Below are positions 38,287-51,632 of a stretch of DNA of 64,000 nucleotides, piece after piece. Below the pieces are notes generated by a model, which was not told the DNA's origin, made no database searches, and saw nothing but the letters and a program-made list of their open reading frames with translations. The DNA lies in IMG/VR virus record IMGVR_UViG_3300042937_000528, positions 3,706 to 67,705 of that record; one strand, written 5' to 3'. The translations under genes and the position numbers were made by a program. The DNA is from a virus (Duplodnaviria > Caudoviricetes). Positions within the stretch are counted from its first letter, which is position 1; every line of letters begins with the position of its first letter.

Positions 38287-39675
38287 ATGTCAAACAAGAA
38301 TTTTGAGTATCTAGGTAACACGTTTCAACTACAATTATTAAATCAGATTATCTTAGATAAGGACTTCTCACATTCTATCATTGATGTAATTGAACCCTCA
38401 CACTTTGAAAACAAATATTTCAAAACACTTCTCCAATTGGTGAAGGAGTACTATGTAAAATACGATTGTACTCCATCATACGAAACACTTTCACAAATGG
38501 TGAAAAGTGAGTTTCCACAAGAGTTGATGTTGAAAATTCTAAACGACACTATCAAACAGATACAAACTGCGTCTACTGAAGGAGCATCGTTTGTACAAGA
38601 AAAATCATTGAAGTTCTGTAAACAACAAGAGCTTCAAAAGGCAATCACCAAATCACAAAAAATACTTGATAGTGGAGAATTTGAAAACTATGACAAACTT
38701 GAAGAACTCGTAAGAAGTGCTCTCCAAGTAGGAGAAAATGGAAACAAGATTGAAGATGTTTTCCAAAACTTGGAAGATGTTTTGAACGAAGATTTCCGTC
38801 ATCCAATTCCAATGGGAATTACTGGCATTGATAAGTTATTAAAAGGTGGATTGGCAAAAGGTGAATTGGGTGTAATCTTGGCACCAACTGGTGTAGGAAA
38901 AACTACAGTCCTTTCAAAAATTGCTAACTCAGCATTTAATAATGGTTACAATGTTCTTCAGTTATTTTTTGAGGACAACCCAAAAGTAATCCAACGTAAA
39001 CACTTCACAATGTGGACAGGTATACCACCTGATGAACTCCCATTACACCGTGAAGAAGTTCTTGAAAAAGCACGTCAGGTCAAAGAAGAAATGACCAACA
39101 AATTGTTCTTGAAAAAACTACCTTCAGACCAATTTACAATGACTCAAATTAAGAACATGATTAGAAAGATGGTTGCTGATGGACACAAGATTGATATGAT
39201 TGTTTTAGATTATATTGATTGTATTGTACCTGACAGAAATATGGGTGATGAGTGGAAAAGTGAGGGTTCCGTTATGAGAGGTTACGAAGCTATGTGTCAT
39301 GAACTTGGCGTAGTGGGATGGACCGCAACACAGGGTAACAGAAGCTCTATATCTTCTGAGGTTGTAACCACCGACCAAATGGGTGGTTCTATTAAAAAGG
39401 CACAAGTTGGACACGTTATCATTTCCGTGGCTAAAACTTTACAACAAAAAGAAATGAATTTAGCAACCATCGCAATTACCAAGTCTCGTGTGGGTAAAGA
39501 TGGGGTTATCTTTGAAAACTGTAAGTTCAACAACGAATTGTTGGAAATTGATACTGAAAGTTCTGTTACCTTCTTAGGATTTGAAGAAAAGAAAGAAGAG
39601 AAAAACAGAGATAGAATCAAAGAACTTATGGAGAAAAGAAAAGAGCGAGTACAACAACCAAATAACTTTAATTAA
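38287..39675 (+). CDS. dnaB: Replicative DnaB/gp41-like helicase
   Basis: APTGVGKT, FFED, LDYID, TATQGNR, KSRVG. Confidence 0.9.
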   Translation: MSNKNFEYLGNTFQLQLLNQIILDKDFSHSIIDVIEPSHFENKYFKTLLQLVKEYYVKYDCTPSYETLSQMVKSEFPQELMLKILNDTIKQIQTASTEGASFVQEKSLKFCKQQELQKAITKSQKILDSGEFENYDKLEELVRSALQVGENGNKIEDVFQNLEDVLNEDFRHPIPMGITGIDKLLKGGLAKGELGVILAPTGVGKTTVLSKIANSAFNNGYNVLQLFFEDNPKVIQRKHFTMWTGIPPDELPLHREEVLEKARQVKEEMTNKLFLKKLPSDQFTMTQIKNMIRKMVADGHKIDMIVLDYIDCIVPDRNMGDEWKSEGSVMRGYEAMCHELGVVGWTATQGNRSSISSEVVTTDQMGGSIKKAQVGHVIISVAKTLQQKEMNLATIAITKSRVGKDGVIFENCKFNNELLEIDTESSVTFLGFEEKKEEKNRDRIKELMEKRKERVQQPNNFN

Positions 39676-39701
39676 TAAAAAAAAATAGTATTTTAAATAA
39701 A

Positions 39702-42214
<2,513 letters not shown>

Positions 42215-42219
42215 CATAA

Positions 42220-44061
42220 ATGGCTCAAAGAAGAATATCATATACCGTAAGGGATTTCCAAGCAATTCGTCAGGAATTAATTAATTACACAAAAACTTAT
42301 TATCCAGAATTGATTGATAACTTCAATGATGCTTCAGTTTTTTCTGTATTCTTGGATTTAAACGCAGCCGTAGCCGACAATTTACATTATCATATAGATA
42401 GAAGTATTCAAGAAACAGTTCTTCAATATGCACAACAACGTTCATCAATCTATAACATTGCAAGAACGTATGGATTAAAAATTCCTGGTCAAAGACCATC
42501 TGTAGCTTTGGTTGATTTTTCAATTACAGTTCCGGCATTTGGTGATAAAGAAGATGAAAGATATTTGGGAACATTAAGACGTGGAAGTCAAGTTCAAGGT
42601 TCAGGTCAAGTATTTGAAACAATATATGATATTGATTTCGCATCACCATTTAATGCTGATGGTATACCAAATAGATTAAAGATACCAAATTTTGATGCCA
42701 ACAACAACTTAATAAACTACACAATCACTAAAAGAGAAACTGTAGTAAATGGTATTACAAAGGTATTCAAAAGAGTTATAACTCCAAATGATGTTAGACC
42801 TTTCTTTGAATTTTTCTTACCTGAAAAAAATGTTTTAGGAGTCACATCAATAATTCAAAGAGATGGTACATCTTATTCTAACGTACCAACGGCACAAGAA
42901 TTTTTAGGTGTGCAAGGTAGATGGTATGAAGTATCGGCACTTGCTGAAGATAGAGTTTTTATTGAGGACCCTACAAAACCATCAGATGACCCAGCAATTA
43001 AAGTTGGAAGATATATACAAACACAAGATAGATTTATTACAGAATACACACCTGAAGGTTTTATAAAACTTACTTTTGGTGGAGGAACAAATACTGCTGA
43101 AGACCAACTTAGAGAGTTTACAGCACTTGATGTACCGTTAAAGATTCAAAGATACCAAAACAATTCAATGTCATTGGGTAATGCTCCACAAGCAAATACA
43201 ACAATGTTTATACAATATAGAATTGGTGGTGGACAAGGTACAAACTTAGGTGTTAATGTTATTACACAAATTGGTTCTGTTGATTTCTTTGTTAATGGAC
43301 CTTCTGATATTATAAATAATTCTGTAATTAATTCATTAGCTTGTAATAACGTAACGGCCGCGATTGGTGGAGCAGGATATCCATCAACTGAAGAAGTTAG
43401 AAATTATGTAACGTTTAACTTTGCAGCACAAAACAGAGCGGTTACAATACATGACTACGAAGCGATTATAAGAAATATGCCGGGTCAATTTGGAGCACCT
43501 GCCAAAGTATCTATTACTGAAAACAATAATAAAATTAATATCAATGTATTATCATATGATGCTACAGGTAATTTAACATCTGAAGTTTCACAAACTATGA
43601 AGAAAAATTTGGCGGAATATTTGTCAAATTATAGAATGATTAATGATTATGTTGTTATTGGAAGTGCAGAAGTAATTGATTTGGCGTTAGACATTTCAGT
43701 TGTTTTAGATGCTACACAAAACCAAGGAGTTGTTATTTCAAACATTGTGGATAGAGTCACCACATTCTTTAGTCCTACTGTAAGAGGTTTGGGTGAAAAT
43801 ATTGTATTATCTGAATTGAATAGAATATTACAAGCAGAAAATGGTGTATTAAGTGTTACTGACATTTCAGTATTTAACAAAGTTGGTGGTCAATATAGTT
43901 CGGCACAAACAGCAATGCCTTATTCAGATGCGGCAACAAAGAAAATTTCTTTAGTGGACAACACAATATTTGCAGAACCAAATCAGATTTACCAAGTCCA
44001 TTTCCCAACTAAAGATATTACGGTAAGAGTTAAAAATTACCAGACAACAAACTTCTCTTGA
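42220..44061 (+). CDS. Baseplate wedge protein gp6/J-like
   Basis: RDFQAIRQEL, AQQRSSIYNIARTYG, YRIGGG, QNRAVTIHDY. Confidence 0.9.
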   Translation: MAQRRISYTVRDFQAIRQELINYTKTYYPELIDNFNDASVFSVFLDLNAAVADNLHYHIDRSIQETVLQYAQQRSSIYNIARTYGLKIPGQRPSVALVDFSITVPAFGDKEDERYLGTLRRGSQVQGSGQVFETIYDIDFASPFNADGIPNRLKIPNFDANNNLINYTITKRETVVNGITKVFKRVITPNDVRPFFEFFLPEKNVLGVTSIIQRDGTSYSNVPTAQEFLGVQGRWYEVSALAEDRVFIEDPTKPSDDPAIKVGRYIQTQDRFITEYTPEGFIKLTFGGGTNTAEDQLREFTALDVPLKIQRYQNNSMSLGNAPQANTTMFIQYRIGGGQGTNLGVNVITQIGSVDFFVNGPSDIINNSVINSLACNNVTAAIGGAGYPSTEEVRNYVTFNFAAQNRAVTIHDYEAIIRNMPGQFGAPAKVSITENNNKININVLSYDATGNLTSEVSQTMKKNLAEYLSNYRMINDYVVIGSAEVIDLALDISVVLDATQNQGVVISNIVDRVTTFFSPTVRGLGENIVLSELNRILQAENGVLSVTDISVFNKVGGQYSSAQTAMPYSDAATKKISLVDNTIFAEPNQIYQVHFPTKDITVRVKNYQTTNFS

Positions 44062-44111
44062 TAATTTATTTTATTCATTCTTTAACTACTATTATAAAAT
44101 AGTGTATAAAC

Positions 44112-44118
44112 TATTTAT
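44112..44118 (+). promoter_or_regulatory. TATTTAT motif
   Basis: 17 nt before ATG 44136. Confidence 0.5.
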
Positions 44119-44135
44119 GATAGAAAGTAAAAGGA

Positions 44136-47100
44136 ATGTCCAAAACTTATAGAATACGTACAGAAGTTGGTGTTGATAGACAAGTCAATATAGAATTAGA
44201 ACAAGATTTTGACCAGTTAGAGATACTTTCTTTAAAAGTCAGAAGTGAAGATGTCTACACAAGAATGTGTGCAGACTATGGTGTAATTGTAGGTCGTGTT
44301 CTTGCCAATGGTGGATACGGTGTTCCAAATGTAAGAGTTTCTGTTTTTATTCCAATAACAGATGAAGATTTAAATGATGAAATAATTTATGATTTATATC
44401 CTTACCGAAGTCTTAATGATGTAAACGCTGATGGATATAGATATAATCTATTACCTTATGAGCAACAACATACAGGTCATATCCCAACAGGAACATTCCC
44501 AAGTAAAAATGATATTTTAACAAACCCAGCGTTGATTGAGGTTTATGACAAGTATTATAAATTCACTGTTAAATCAAATGGTAGTGGTGACTATATGATA
44601 ATGGGTGTTCCAATCGGAACGTATACTGTTGTTATGGATATGGATTTGTCTGACATCGGACCATTCTCATTATCACCACAAGATTTAATCAGAATGGGTA
44701 GAGCAACCGCAGACCAATTTGACGGTGTGAACTTTAAAAGTTCAACTAACTTATTTGAACTACCACAAATCGTAACTTTAAACCAAAGTGTAAATGTACA
44801 ACCATTTTGGGGACAACCAGAAATTTGTCAAATTGATATAACAAGAACTGATTTTGATTTACGTCAATCAGGTATTAATATATCTCCAACAGCCATGTTT
44901 ATGGGTTCTTTGATTACAAATAGTAAAGATTATGCTTTACCAAAGAATTGTAAACCACCACAAGATTTAGGAAGTCTTTGTTCATTAGAAACCGCACCTG
45001 GAGAAATCATTGGTGTCAGACAAACCATTTTTCAAGACACCCAAGGTAGACCTATATTAGAACAAGCTCAATTTCCACAAGGGGCAAAAACAATTGATAG
45101 TGATGGAACATGGTTATTAGAAGTTCCAATGAATTTGGATTATGTAACCACTAATGAATTTGGTGAACAAGTTTTAAGTCCTGACCCAAAAATTGGTATA
45201 CCAACTAGAGGAAAATATAGATTTAAAATAAAATATTCACAACCAGCCAACTTTGCAAAGGATGAAGTTAGACGAGCATATTATTTAGTACCAAATATTA
45301 AAGAATATGGTTGGGGTACTGCTGACCCATACAATGACCCAATTTATAAACCTGACAGTAATGTGGGTTATCAAGAGTTAATAGGTTCTTATTATTTTGG
45401 TTTAGATTGGAGTGGATATACTAACGCACAAGATGCTATTGATTGTAAAGATACATTCTATGAGTTTCAATATAATAAAGTCTATACGGTATCACAATTA
45501 ATTGATGAATATAAAAAAGGTACTAATAGAAAAAAGTTTATTGGTATTAAAGAAATTACTAATACTGAATGTGAAAGTGAAAATAATAGATTTCCGGCCA
45601 CAGATGGGTTAAGACAAAATTTTAGTATAATACCAACCTTAGTGACGTATTTGTTATATACAGCATCATTAACAATTATGATTTTATTACCTATTGTCCA
45701 TGTGTTAGCATTAATATGGCCAATTATAAGTGTATTATTAAAAGTTGTGTTTGGAACAATTTTGACAATTGTTTCAGTTATTTGTAAAGCGATTAATAAA
45801 CTGCGTGGTGCTGATAATCAAATAAATTGCCCAAAACCATACAATTTTCAAAATCTTTTTAAAGAATTAACAAATCCATTTAGTAAAATAACATTACCAA
45901 ATTTAACATATCCTGAATGTCAGTTTTGTGAATGTAAACAAGAACCTGTACCACAAGACAATGATGAGTTAACAGCAATTCAAGAAGCCGCGGCACAAAA
46001 TTCATTATCATTAAATGCCGATTTTTTTGTGTATGACAATTGGAATCCAAATCAATCTAATGTAACAGAACACCAAGAAGTTTTTGCGGGTAAAGGATTT
46101 AATACTGAAAGTGTTAGAGTCCCAATTAGAAAAAATGATAATAATGATTTTGATTTTATTGATAAATTACCACCATGGGAAATTATCAACAAGTATAATT
46201 TAAAATCAAAATATTTTGATACTGACCCCTACGCTGGTTCAAACAGAATTAAAGTACAAGTAGAACCAAAGTACAATTCAAATACAAATCACTTTGATAA
46301 TATCATGGCGGTATTTGTTGACCCAGATGTTCAAAATACTTTTATTTCGGGGCAACTATTATCTTTCCAAGAGTTGACCAAATCAACTGACCCAAATACA
46401 AGTGGTGCGACTTCAACACCTGAAACAGGGATAACAGGAACAACAAACGTTGGTAAAAGTGTAACGATGACATTTGCCAATCCAACATCACCAAATTTAT
46501 CAAATAGTACTGTAACATATAATTTCCCGACAGTACCAAATGAAACTAAATCTTACAAGTTCCCAACGGACATTGAATATTTCCAAGTTATTACTGGTGT
46601 TACTTATAATGATTTTGTATCTCAAAACGCGGCATATGCTAAAGGAACTACAACTTGTAACTACCTTAATTATACTGTAACGAATCAAACTAAAAATCCA
46701 ATCACAATTAATTATACGGATTACAATGGAACTTCACAAACAGCAACAATTGGTATTGTTGTGGACCAAGACACAAATACAACTTATGGTGCGACCGAAG
46801 ATATATGTGCGTGTGAAAATAGTTTAAGCTCAACAAAAAAATTCAGTATAGATAATATAAATTCTTGTTCAGTTCCAGCACCTGCTGGTTCGGTCTTACC
46901 AGGAAATTTATTAAGTCAATTATACCAAAAAATTGAACTTTTTAGAAATGATGGTAAAGACGGTCATGATTTTTACGATTCATATATTGGACAATGGATT
47001 GGTGGTGAAATTAGTTTAGTCTTTATGGTTAGGGGTGTTGACCCACACAGTGGACGTAAATCAATCAAATATGATTTATCAAGAATTTTTGGTTATAGTA

Positions 47101-49175
47101 GTTATGGTAGAAAAGTTATTAGTGGTGACTTTTACATGAACGTTCCCGTTCAACAAGGGTTAAAGACCGTAAGAAACGCAGAATTAACAAATAACTTACA
47201 ATCCAATTCAAATGGATATTTGTATTTTAACTCTTTCCAATACACCGCTGGTACTCAATACAGTGCTTATACCACTACACTTCAAAACTATTATTCATCG
47301 TTGGATATGAACCAAGTTGATGATTATCCAATTAACAACGACAATCCTGATAGTTTATTAACAAGTGATATGGTGTACAATGGTGGAAGTGGACAGTTAG
47401 TTGCAAATAGTAGTACTGAGGGTTATATACAAGGTGAATATATTGAAGGTGGTTCGTTTATATGGGCAGAAAAGGCTAAGAAAATTAAAAAAGACAATAA
47501 CGGTAATGACAACAATGATACAAGACCGTGGCTTTATTTTGCACCATCTTGGGCAAGATATGCTCCTGCTAAGATGGTTGTTTATAAAGATAAAATGGTT
47601 ATGAGGTCAGATAGATTACCAGTAGGTACTATATTTGATGGCAGTGCTAATAACTATTTTGCTTGGCAAGCATCAAACGCATTACCTTATACCTTTGTCG
47701 ATGATAATGGTACATCTAATACCCAACTTGTTGTACCATCATTTGATTTTAGTGACCCAACAGAAAATCCTGATTTAGTAACAGGTGCGACATTTAATGC
47801 TATCGCCAATTCATTTACCTGTAATGGTATGGTTGATTTGTCTTGTTATCAAGGTGACGGTAGAAATTTTACTGCATTACCCGCAACCAATGAATGTAAT
47901 ACTAATACTAAAAAGGGAGATAAAGTTGTTGTTAAGGGTTGTTACATATTAGTAAACAAACCAATTGGTACCCTCTTTGGTAGGAACAATGATTATTCAT
48001 TAATTATAGAATGGATTGGAAGACTTAGATTAATGATTGCAGTATGTCAAGGAACTTTTTCACATACGTTTGTAAACTCTTGGATAAATGGAACATTGTT
48101 TGCGTTCCCATTCCAAAATGCTGTTAGATTTAATGCTAAGAATGAGCCAATTGTTAGAACAGTTGTTTTAAATAAAGCCTTTTATAATTTTTGTGCCGAT
48201 ACAATAGTGTACGAACCACAATCTAATAATTTTTATTATCGTTCAAGTCCATGGGATGGTCAAAATTTTATAGGTCAATACCCACCATCAGGACTATTTA
48301 ATTCACCAGTGAATGATAGAAACTTATTATACCCAACTACAATTATGGATTTGGGTCCAAAATTTATTTGGAGTAAAGATGTAAACAAAAGTCCAAATTA
48401 CTTTGGATATCAAATGGATAGGTTCAATGCAACATCTTGGAACAATGTGTCTGATTTATTGCAATTATTTATAATATCAAGAATATCAAACTCTAACCTA
48501 TTAAAATCAACCAAAACAGGTTTAGACACATCAATTTCTGCATTTTTCAGTAGACCCCAATTAAGGGTTGATGGTGATTATGCTCAGATGTTACAAATCA
48601 ATTCACAGTATGGTATTGTACCATATACTGCGGATAATTATTTTGATGACCCTGCAACAACAACTGACAATGTTGTTTATGTGTCTGTTGATAATCAAAA
48701 AAATTCGGTATTTGGTATTTTTTATAGTGGGTATACTGAAGAAAGGGATTTAATATCACCACGTAGAATAGACAGAACATTTACTGGAAATACATTAATT
48801 GCCGATTATTTAGGAACCAAATCACAAGAAGTTCCATTTTATAGATGGTCAAATACAGCATATATTGATGGTCAACCGTCCATTTTTGGTAACGAGGAAA
48901 ACAATTGGTATACAGAAGGTAATGCTTACAAAGAAAAATATCAAAATTTAGATAGAATGTTAAACCCAATGTTCATTGGAGGAAACAATCAAATTCAAAA
49001 CAGAAAAGGTTACATTTACCAAACAAATAGTTTGGGACAATATTCCCAATCACCGGCACTTGGTAATAATAATGAAACTATAACAAGTGCACCATGGTAT
49101 TTTTATTTCGGTTTAAAGAAAGGTTCGTCTGCCATGGATAAATTTACAAAATTATATATTAAATCAGAAGAATGA
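44136..49175 (+). CDS. Large baseplate-associated protein with a prealbumin/carboxypeptidase-regulatory-like N-domain and an internal hydrophobic segment
   Basis: GVIVGRVLANGGYGVPNVRVSVF; a stretch of about 50 hydrophobic residues near 45620-45800; baseplate context. Confidence 0.55.
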   Translation: MSKTYRIRTEVGVDRQVNIELEQDFDQLEILSLKVRSEDVYTRMCADYGVIVGRVLANGGYGVPNVRVSVFIPITDEDLNDEIIYDLYPYRSLNDVNADGYRYNLLPYEQQHTGHIPTGTFPSKNDILTNPALIEVYDKYYKFTVKSNGSGDYMIMGVPIGTYTVVMDMDLSDIGPFSLSPQDLIRMGRATADQFDGVNFKSSTNLFELPQIVTLNQSVNVQPFWGQPEICQIDITRTDFDLRQSGINISPTAMFMGSLITNSKDYALPKNCKPPQDLGSLCSLETAPGEIIGVRQTIFQDTQGRPILEQAQFPQGAKTIDSDGTWLLEVPMNLDYVTTNEFGEQVLSPDPKIGIPTRGKYRFKIKYSQPANFAKDEVRRAYYLVPNIKEYGWGTADPYNDPIYKPDSNVGYQELIGSYYFGLDWSGYTNAQDAIDCKDTFYEFQYNKVYTVSQLIDEYKKGTNRKKFIGIKEITNTECESENNRFPATDGLRQNFSIIPTLVTYLLYTASLTIMILLPIVHVLALIWPIISVLLKVVFGTILTIVSVICKAINKLRGADNQINCPKPYNFQNLFKELTNPFSKITLPNLTYPECQFCECKQEPVPQDNDELTAIQEAAAQNSLSLNADFFVYDNWNPNQSNVTEHQEVFAGKGFNTESVRVPIRKNDNNDFDFIDKLPPWEIINKYNLKSKYFDTDPYAGSNRIKVQVEPKYNSNTNHFDNIMAVFVDPDVQNTFISGQLLSFQELTKSTDPNTSGATSTPETGITGTTNVGKSVTMTFANPTSPNLSNSTVTYNFPTVPNETKSYKFPTDIEYFQVITGVTYNDFVSQNAAYAKGTTTCNYLNYTVTNQTKNPITINYTDYNGTSQTATIGIVVDQDTNTTYGATEDICACENSLSSTKKFSIDNINSCSVPAPAGSVLPGNLLSQLYQKIELFRNDGKDGHDFYDSYIGQWIGGEISLVFMVRGVDPHSGRKSIKYDLSRIFGYSSYGRKVISGDFYMNVPVQQGLKTVRNAELTNNLQSNSNGYLYFNSFQYTAGTQYSAYTTTLQNYYSSLDMNQVDDYPINNDNPDSLLTSDMVYNGGSGQLVANSSTEGYIQGEYIEGGSFIWAEKAKKIKKDNNGNDNNDTRPWLYFAPSWARYAPAKMVVYKDKMVMRSDRLPVGTIFDGSANNYFAWQASNALPYTFVDDNGTSNTQLVVPSFDFSDPTENPDLVTGATFNAIANSFTCNGMVDLSCYQGDGRNFTALPATNECNTNTKKGDKVVVKGCYILVNKPIGTLFGRNNDYSLIIEWIGRLRLMIAVCQGTFSHTFVNSWINGTLFAFPFQNAVRFNAKNEPIVRTVVLNKAFYNFCADTIVYEPQSNNFYYRSSPWDGQNFIGQYPPSGLFNSPVNDRNLLYPTTIMDLGPKFIWSKDVNKSPNYFGYQMDRFNATSWNNVSDLLQLFIISRISNSNLLKSTKTGLDTSISAFFSRPQLRVDGDYAQMLQINSQYGIVPYTADNYFDDPATTTDNVVYVSVDNQKNSVFGIFYSGYTEERDLISPRRIDRTFTGNTLIADYLGTKSQEVPFYRWSNTAYIDGQPSIFGNEENNWYTEGNAYKEKYQNLDRMLNPMFIGGNNQIQNRKGYIYQTNSLGQYSQSPALGNNNETITSAPWYFYFGLKKGSSAMDKFTKLYIKSEE

Positions 49176-50863
49176 GCGAAAGTAATTACATAGTAGTTAA
49201 ACCTGATTTGAGGTATAAGTCGGCACCCGATGCAGATTTATCTTTTGTAACAGAATTAAATCAAACACAATCACAAGTAATTGATTATGATAGAACTGTT
49301 AATGTTAATTTAGCAACATTGTTTGATGCTGAAAGGCAAAAATCTGTATTGTTTAGACCAACAGTTAAGTTATCATATATCTACGAAAATAACTTGGTAG
49401 GTTATAGTAATTACAAACCGTATAGAGATAATTTATATTATATTAATCCCGAGTTGTCTGTAATCAATGGGATATGGAGTGGATTACCAACATATCAAGA
49501 ATTTGAATTTATTAGAACAGATGTGGAATCAACCCAATTAAATTTTGTTGCAAAAAGTGCGTCAACATATAATTGGAATGTTGTTTTATCCTATCCATAT
49601 GAAAATGACTATACGGTACCAATGCAATATTACTTTTCAAATGGTCAGTCATTAACACCATGGGTATCAGGGGATGGAATACCATTTAAAATATCTCAAG
49701 GAACTGAAAATGGAACACCGTTAATTCAGTTTACTTGCCCTGTTCCACACGGGTTATCTGTTAATGAATATGTTGAATTGTCATTTAATTATAGTGGTGT
49801 TAACACATTCCAAGTTTCTTATTTGGGTGATAATACAATTGGTTCAGATGAATATATTTTTAGTATATACAATGTTGGATTTACGGGTTCAACATTTAAT
49901 AGTGGTAATCAAGGATTCTTTAAACGAATCATAGACATTAATAATTCTGGTGAAACAAAATCAAAATATTATGTTAGATTACATAAGATTATTAGTAATC
50001 CACATGATTCAATCATTACAAGAAACGGATTTGAATTGAATCCATTTAGTGATGGTTCATTTTATCAATTTTCTTCATTAACACCAAACAATGTTGGAAG
50101 GGTTGTTAATTATCAAAGCTCAAACACATATAATATTACCATGGCTCGTGATTTGGAAGTTACAAATCAAGTTGATAATAATAAAAAACCTTTAACACAA
50201 GTGTTTGCAACATTTCAAAACGTTGGATACTTTGGTTGGTTCAATCAATTAAGAAGAGGTTGGGGATTTAATATGGTGCCAAAGACAACAAACCCGTGGT
50301 GGGCAACAACAAATCCAACATCATTAGAAAATAACACAACATCAGGATACACAAAAACACAAAATGGTGTTCCTTATAATTTTACGGTTAATCTACCAAG
50401 ATATAGTGGGGATACAATGTATGGTGATTGGTGTGAGTGGAATGAAAGTAATCAATCAGAAAGGGTTATTTCAAACTACATGAATAAAATGACCTATTAC
50501 CAAAAAGCGTTTGATATTGCACCTACCGCATCTACAAACCCAAGTGGGTTTTATTACCAAGTTCATTATCCAATTACCTTGAAAGTGTTTTCAGATTATA
50601 TTGAAACTGCTGAACAAAGTGGAACTGAAGGAATTCCATATTGGGCTTACTTCAGTAATAACAACAAATTATGGTTTTGGAGAGATATTTACGAATATGG
50701 GTATATTGACAATTTAGGTAGAGGTGTTGATTATCCATACTTGAATACTGCCCACTACCCATTCCAAGATATTACTTTCAGATTATATCCTGAAGGTGCG
50801 TCATTTGACATAACAGATTTGTACCAAATTGTACCAGACCCGATAATAGATGGATGCGAATAA
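49172..50863 (+). CDS. Putative virion (baseplate) protein
   Basis: 563-aa ORF overlapping its neighbours; VPHGLSVNEYV resembles a beta-barrel motif of phage structural proteins. Confidence 0.6.
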   Translation: MSESNYIVVKPDLRYKSAPDADLSFVTELNQTQSQVIDYDRTVNVNLATLFDAERQKSVLFRPTVKLSYIYENNLVGYSNYKPYRDNLYYINPELSVINGIWSGLPTYQEFEFIRTDVESTQLNFVAKSASTYNWNVVLSYPYENDYTVPMQYYFSNGQSLTPWVSGDGIPFKISQGTENGTPLIQFTCPVPHGLSVNEYVELSFNYSGVNTFQVSYLGDNTIGSDEYIFSIYNVGFTGSTFNSGNQGFFKRIIDINNSGETKSKYYVRLHKIISNPHDSIITRNGFELNPFSDGSFYQFSSLTPNNVGRVVNYQSSNTYNITMARDLEVTNQVDNNKKPLTQVFATFQNVGYFGWFNQLRRGWGFNMVPKTTNPWWATTNPTSLENNTTSGYTKTQNGVPYNFTVNLPRYSGDTMYGDWCEWNESNQSERVISNYMNKMTYYQKAFDIAPTASTNPSGFYYQVHYPITLKVFSDYIETAEQSGTEGIPYWAYFSNNNKLWFWRDIYEYGYIDNLGRGVDYPYLNTAHYPFQDITFRLYPEGASFDITDLYQIVPDPIIDGCE

Positions 50864-51632
50864 GATAAGAGTGTTGTTTAATAACCAACCCAAAGATTTG
50901 GTTATACCTCTTCAACAAGAGTGGGACTTCTATGGTCAGCAACAAGCCATTGAACAATACGAGTCAACCATTATTGAAAAAATATTAAATCAAGGGGATG
51001 ATTACGAAGTTAATAGGTTTGACCATCAGTTATATGATGGAACAAAAAGTTCTTTAAACTATGATTTTTATTTAAACAATCCCGTGTTTGCGGTTAACAA
51101 TTTTTGGGAAAATTCTTACTTAGCAAAATTTACTGCTGACCAAGTATATTATTACAGTCCATCATTTACAAAATCTTTTTGGAAAATAGATTTTTATGAT
51201 AGTCCAACTACAAGAACACAAAAATCTTATTTTACTACAATATTACCAGTACAACAAGGAAAGTTTCAACCAACAGTTTTAAATAATACAACAGCGGTTA
51301 CAATTAAAAGACCAAGTTATCAATTAGATTATATTGGTGATAAAGAAGGGTTTTTTCTTTATTGGTTGAAATCAAGACAATTCTTGAATATCAATACTTT
51401 TTATATGACGGCCAAGTTCTTTGATGGTAATACAGGACAGTTTATAAAAATGATGAAAGCACCTCAAAGTTCTTTACCAAATTATTATGATTTTCCATCT
51501 GAAGAATATTTTTACTACAAAGTAGATTTAGATTATGTAACACAAACATATCAAGTGTTTGATTACCCAAGAGGGGTACGAGCCGGAACAGTTTCAAATC
51601 CGATAAAATGGTATGAATACGTAAACCCATAA
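50850..51632 (+). CDS. Putative virion protein
   Basis: 260-aa aromatic-rich ORF; SFWKIDFYDS; in the operon. Confidence 0.6.
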   Translation: MDANKIRVLFNNQPKDLVIPLQQEWDFYGQQQAIEQYESTIIEKILNQGDDYEVNRFDHQLYDGTKSSLNYDFYLNNPVFAVNNFWENSYLAKFTADQVYYYSPSFTKSFWKIDFYDSPTTRTQKSYFTTILPVQQGKFQPTVLNNTTAVTIKRPSYQLDYIGDKEGFFLYWLKSRQFLNINTFYMTAKFFDGNTGQFIKMMKAPQSSLPNYYDFPSEEYFYYKVDLDYVTQTYQVFDYPRGVRAGTVSNPIKWYEYVNP

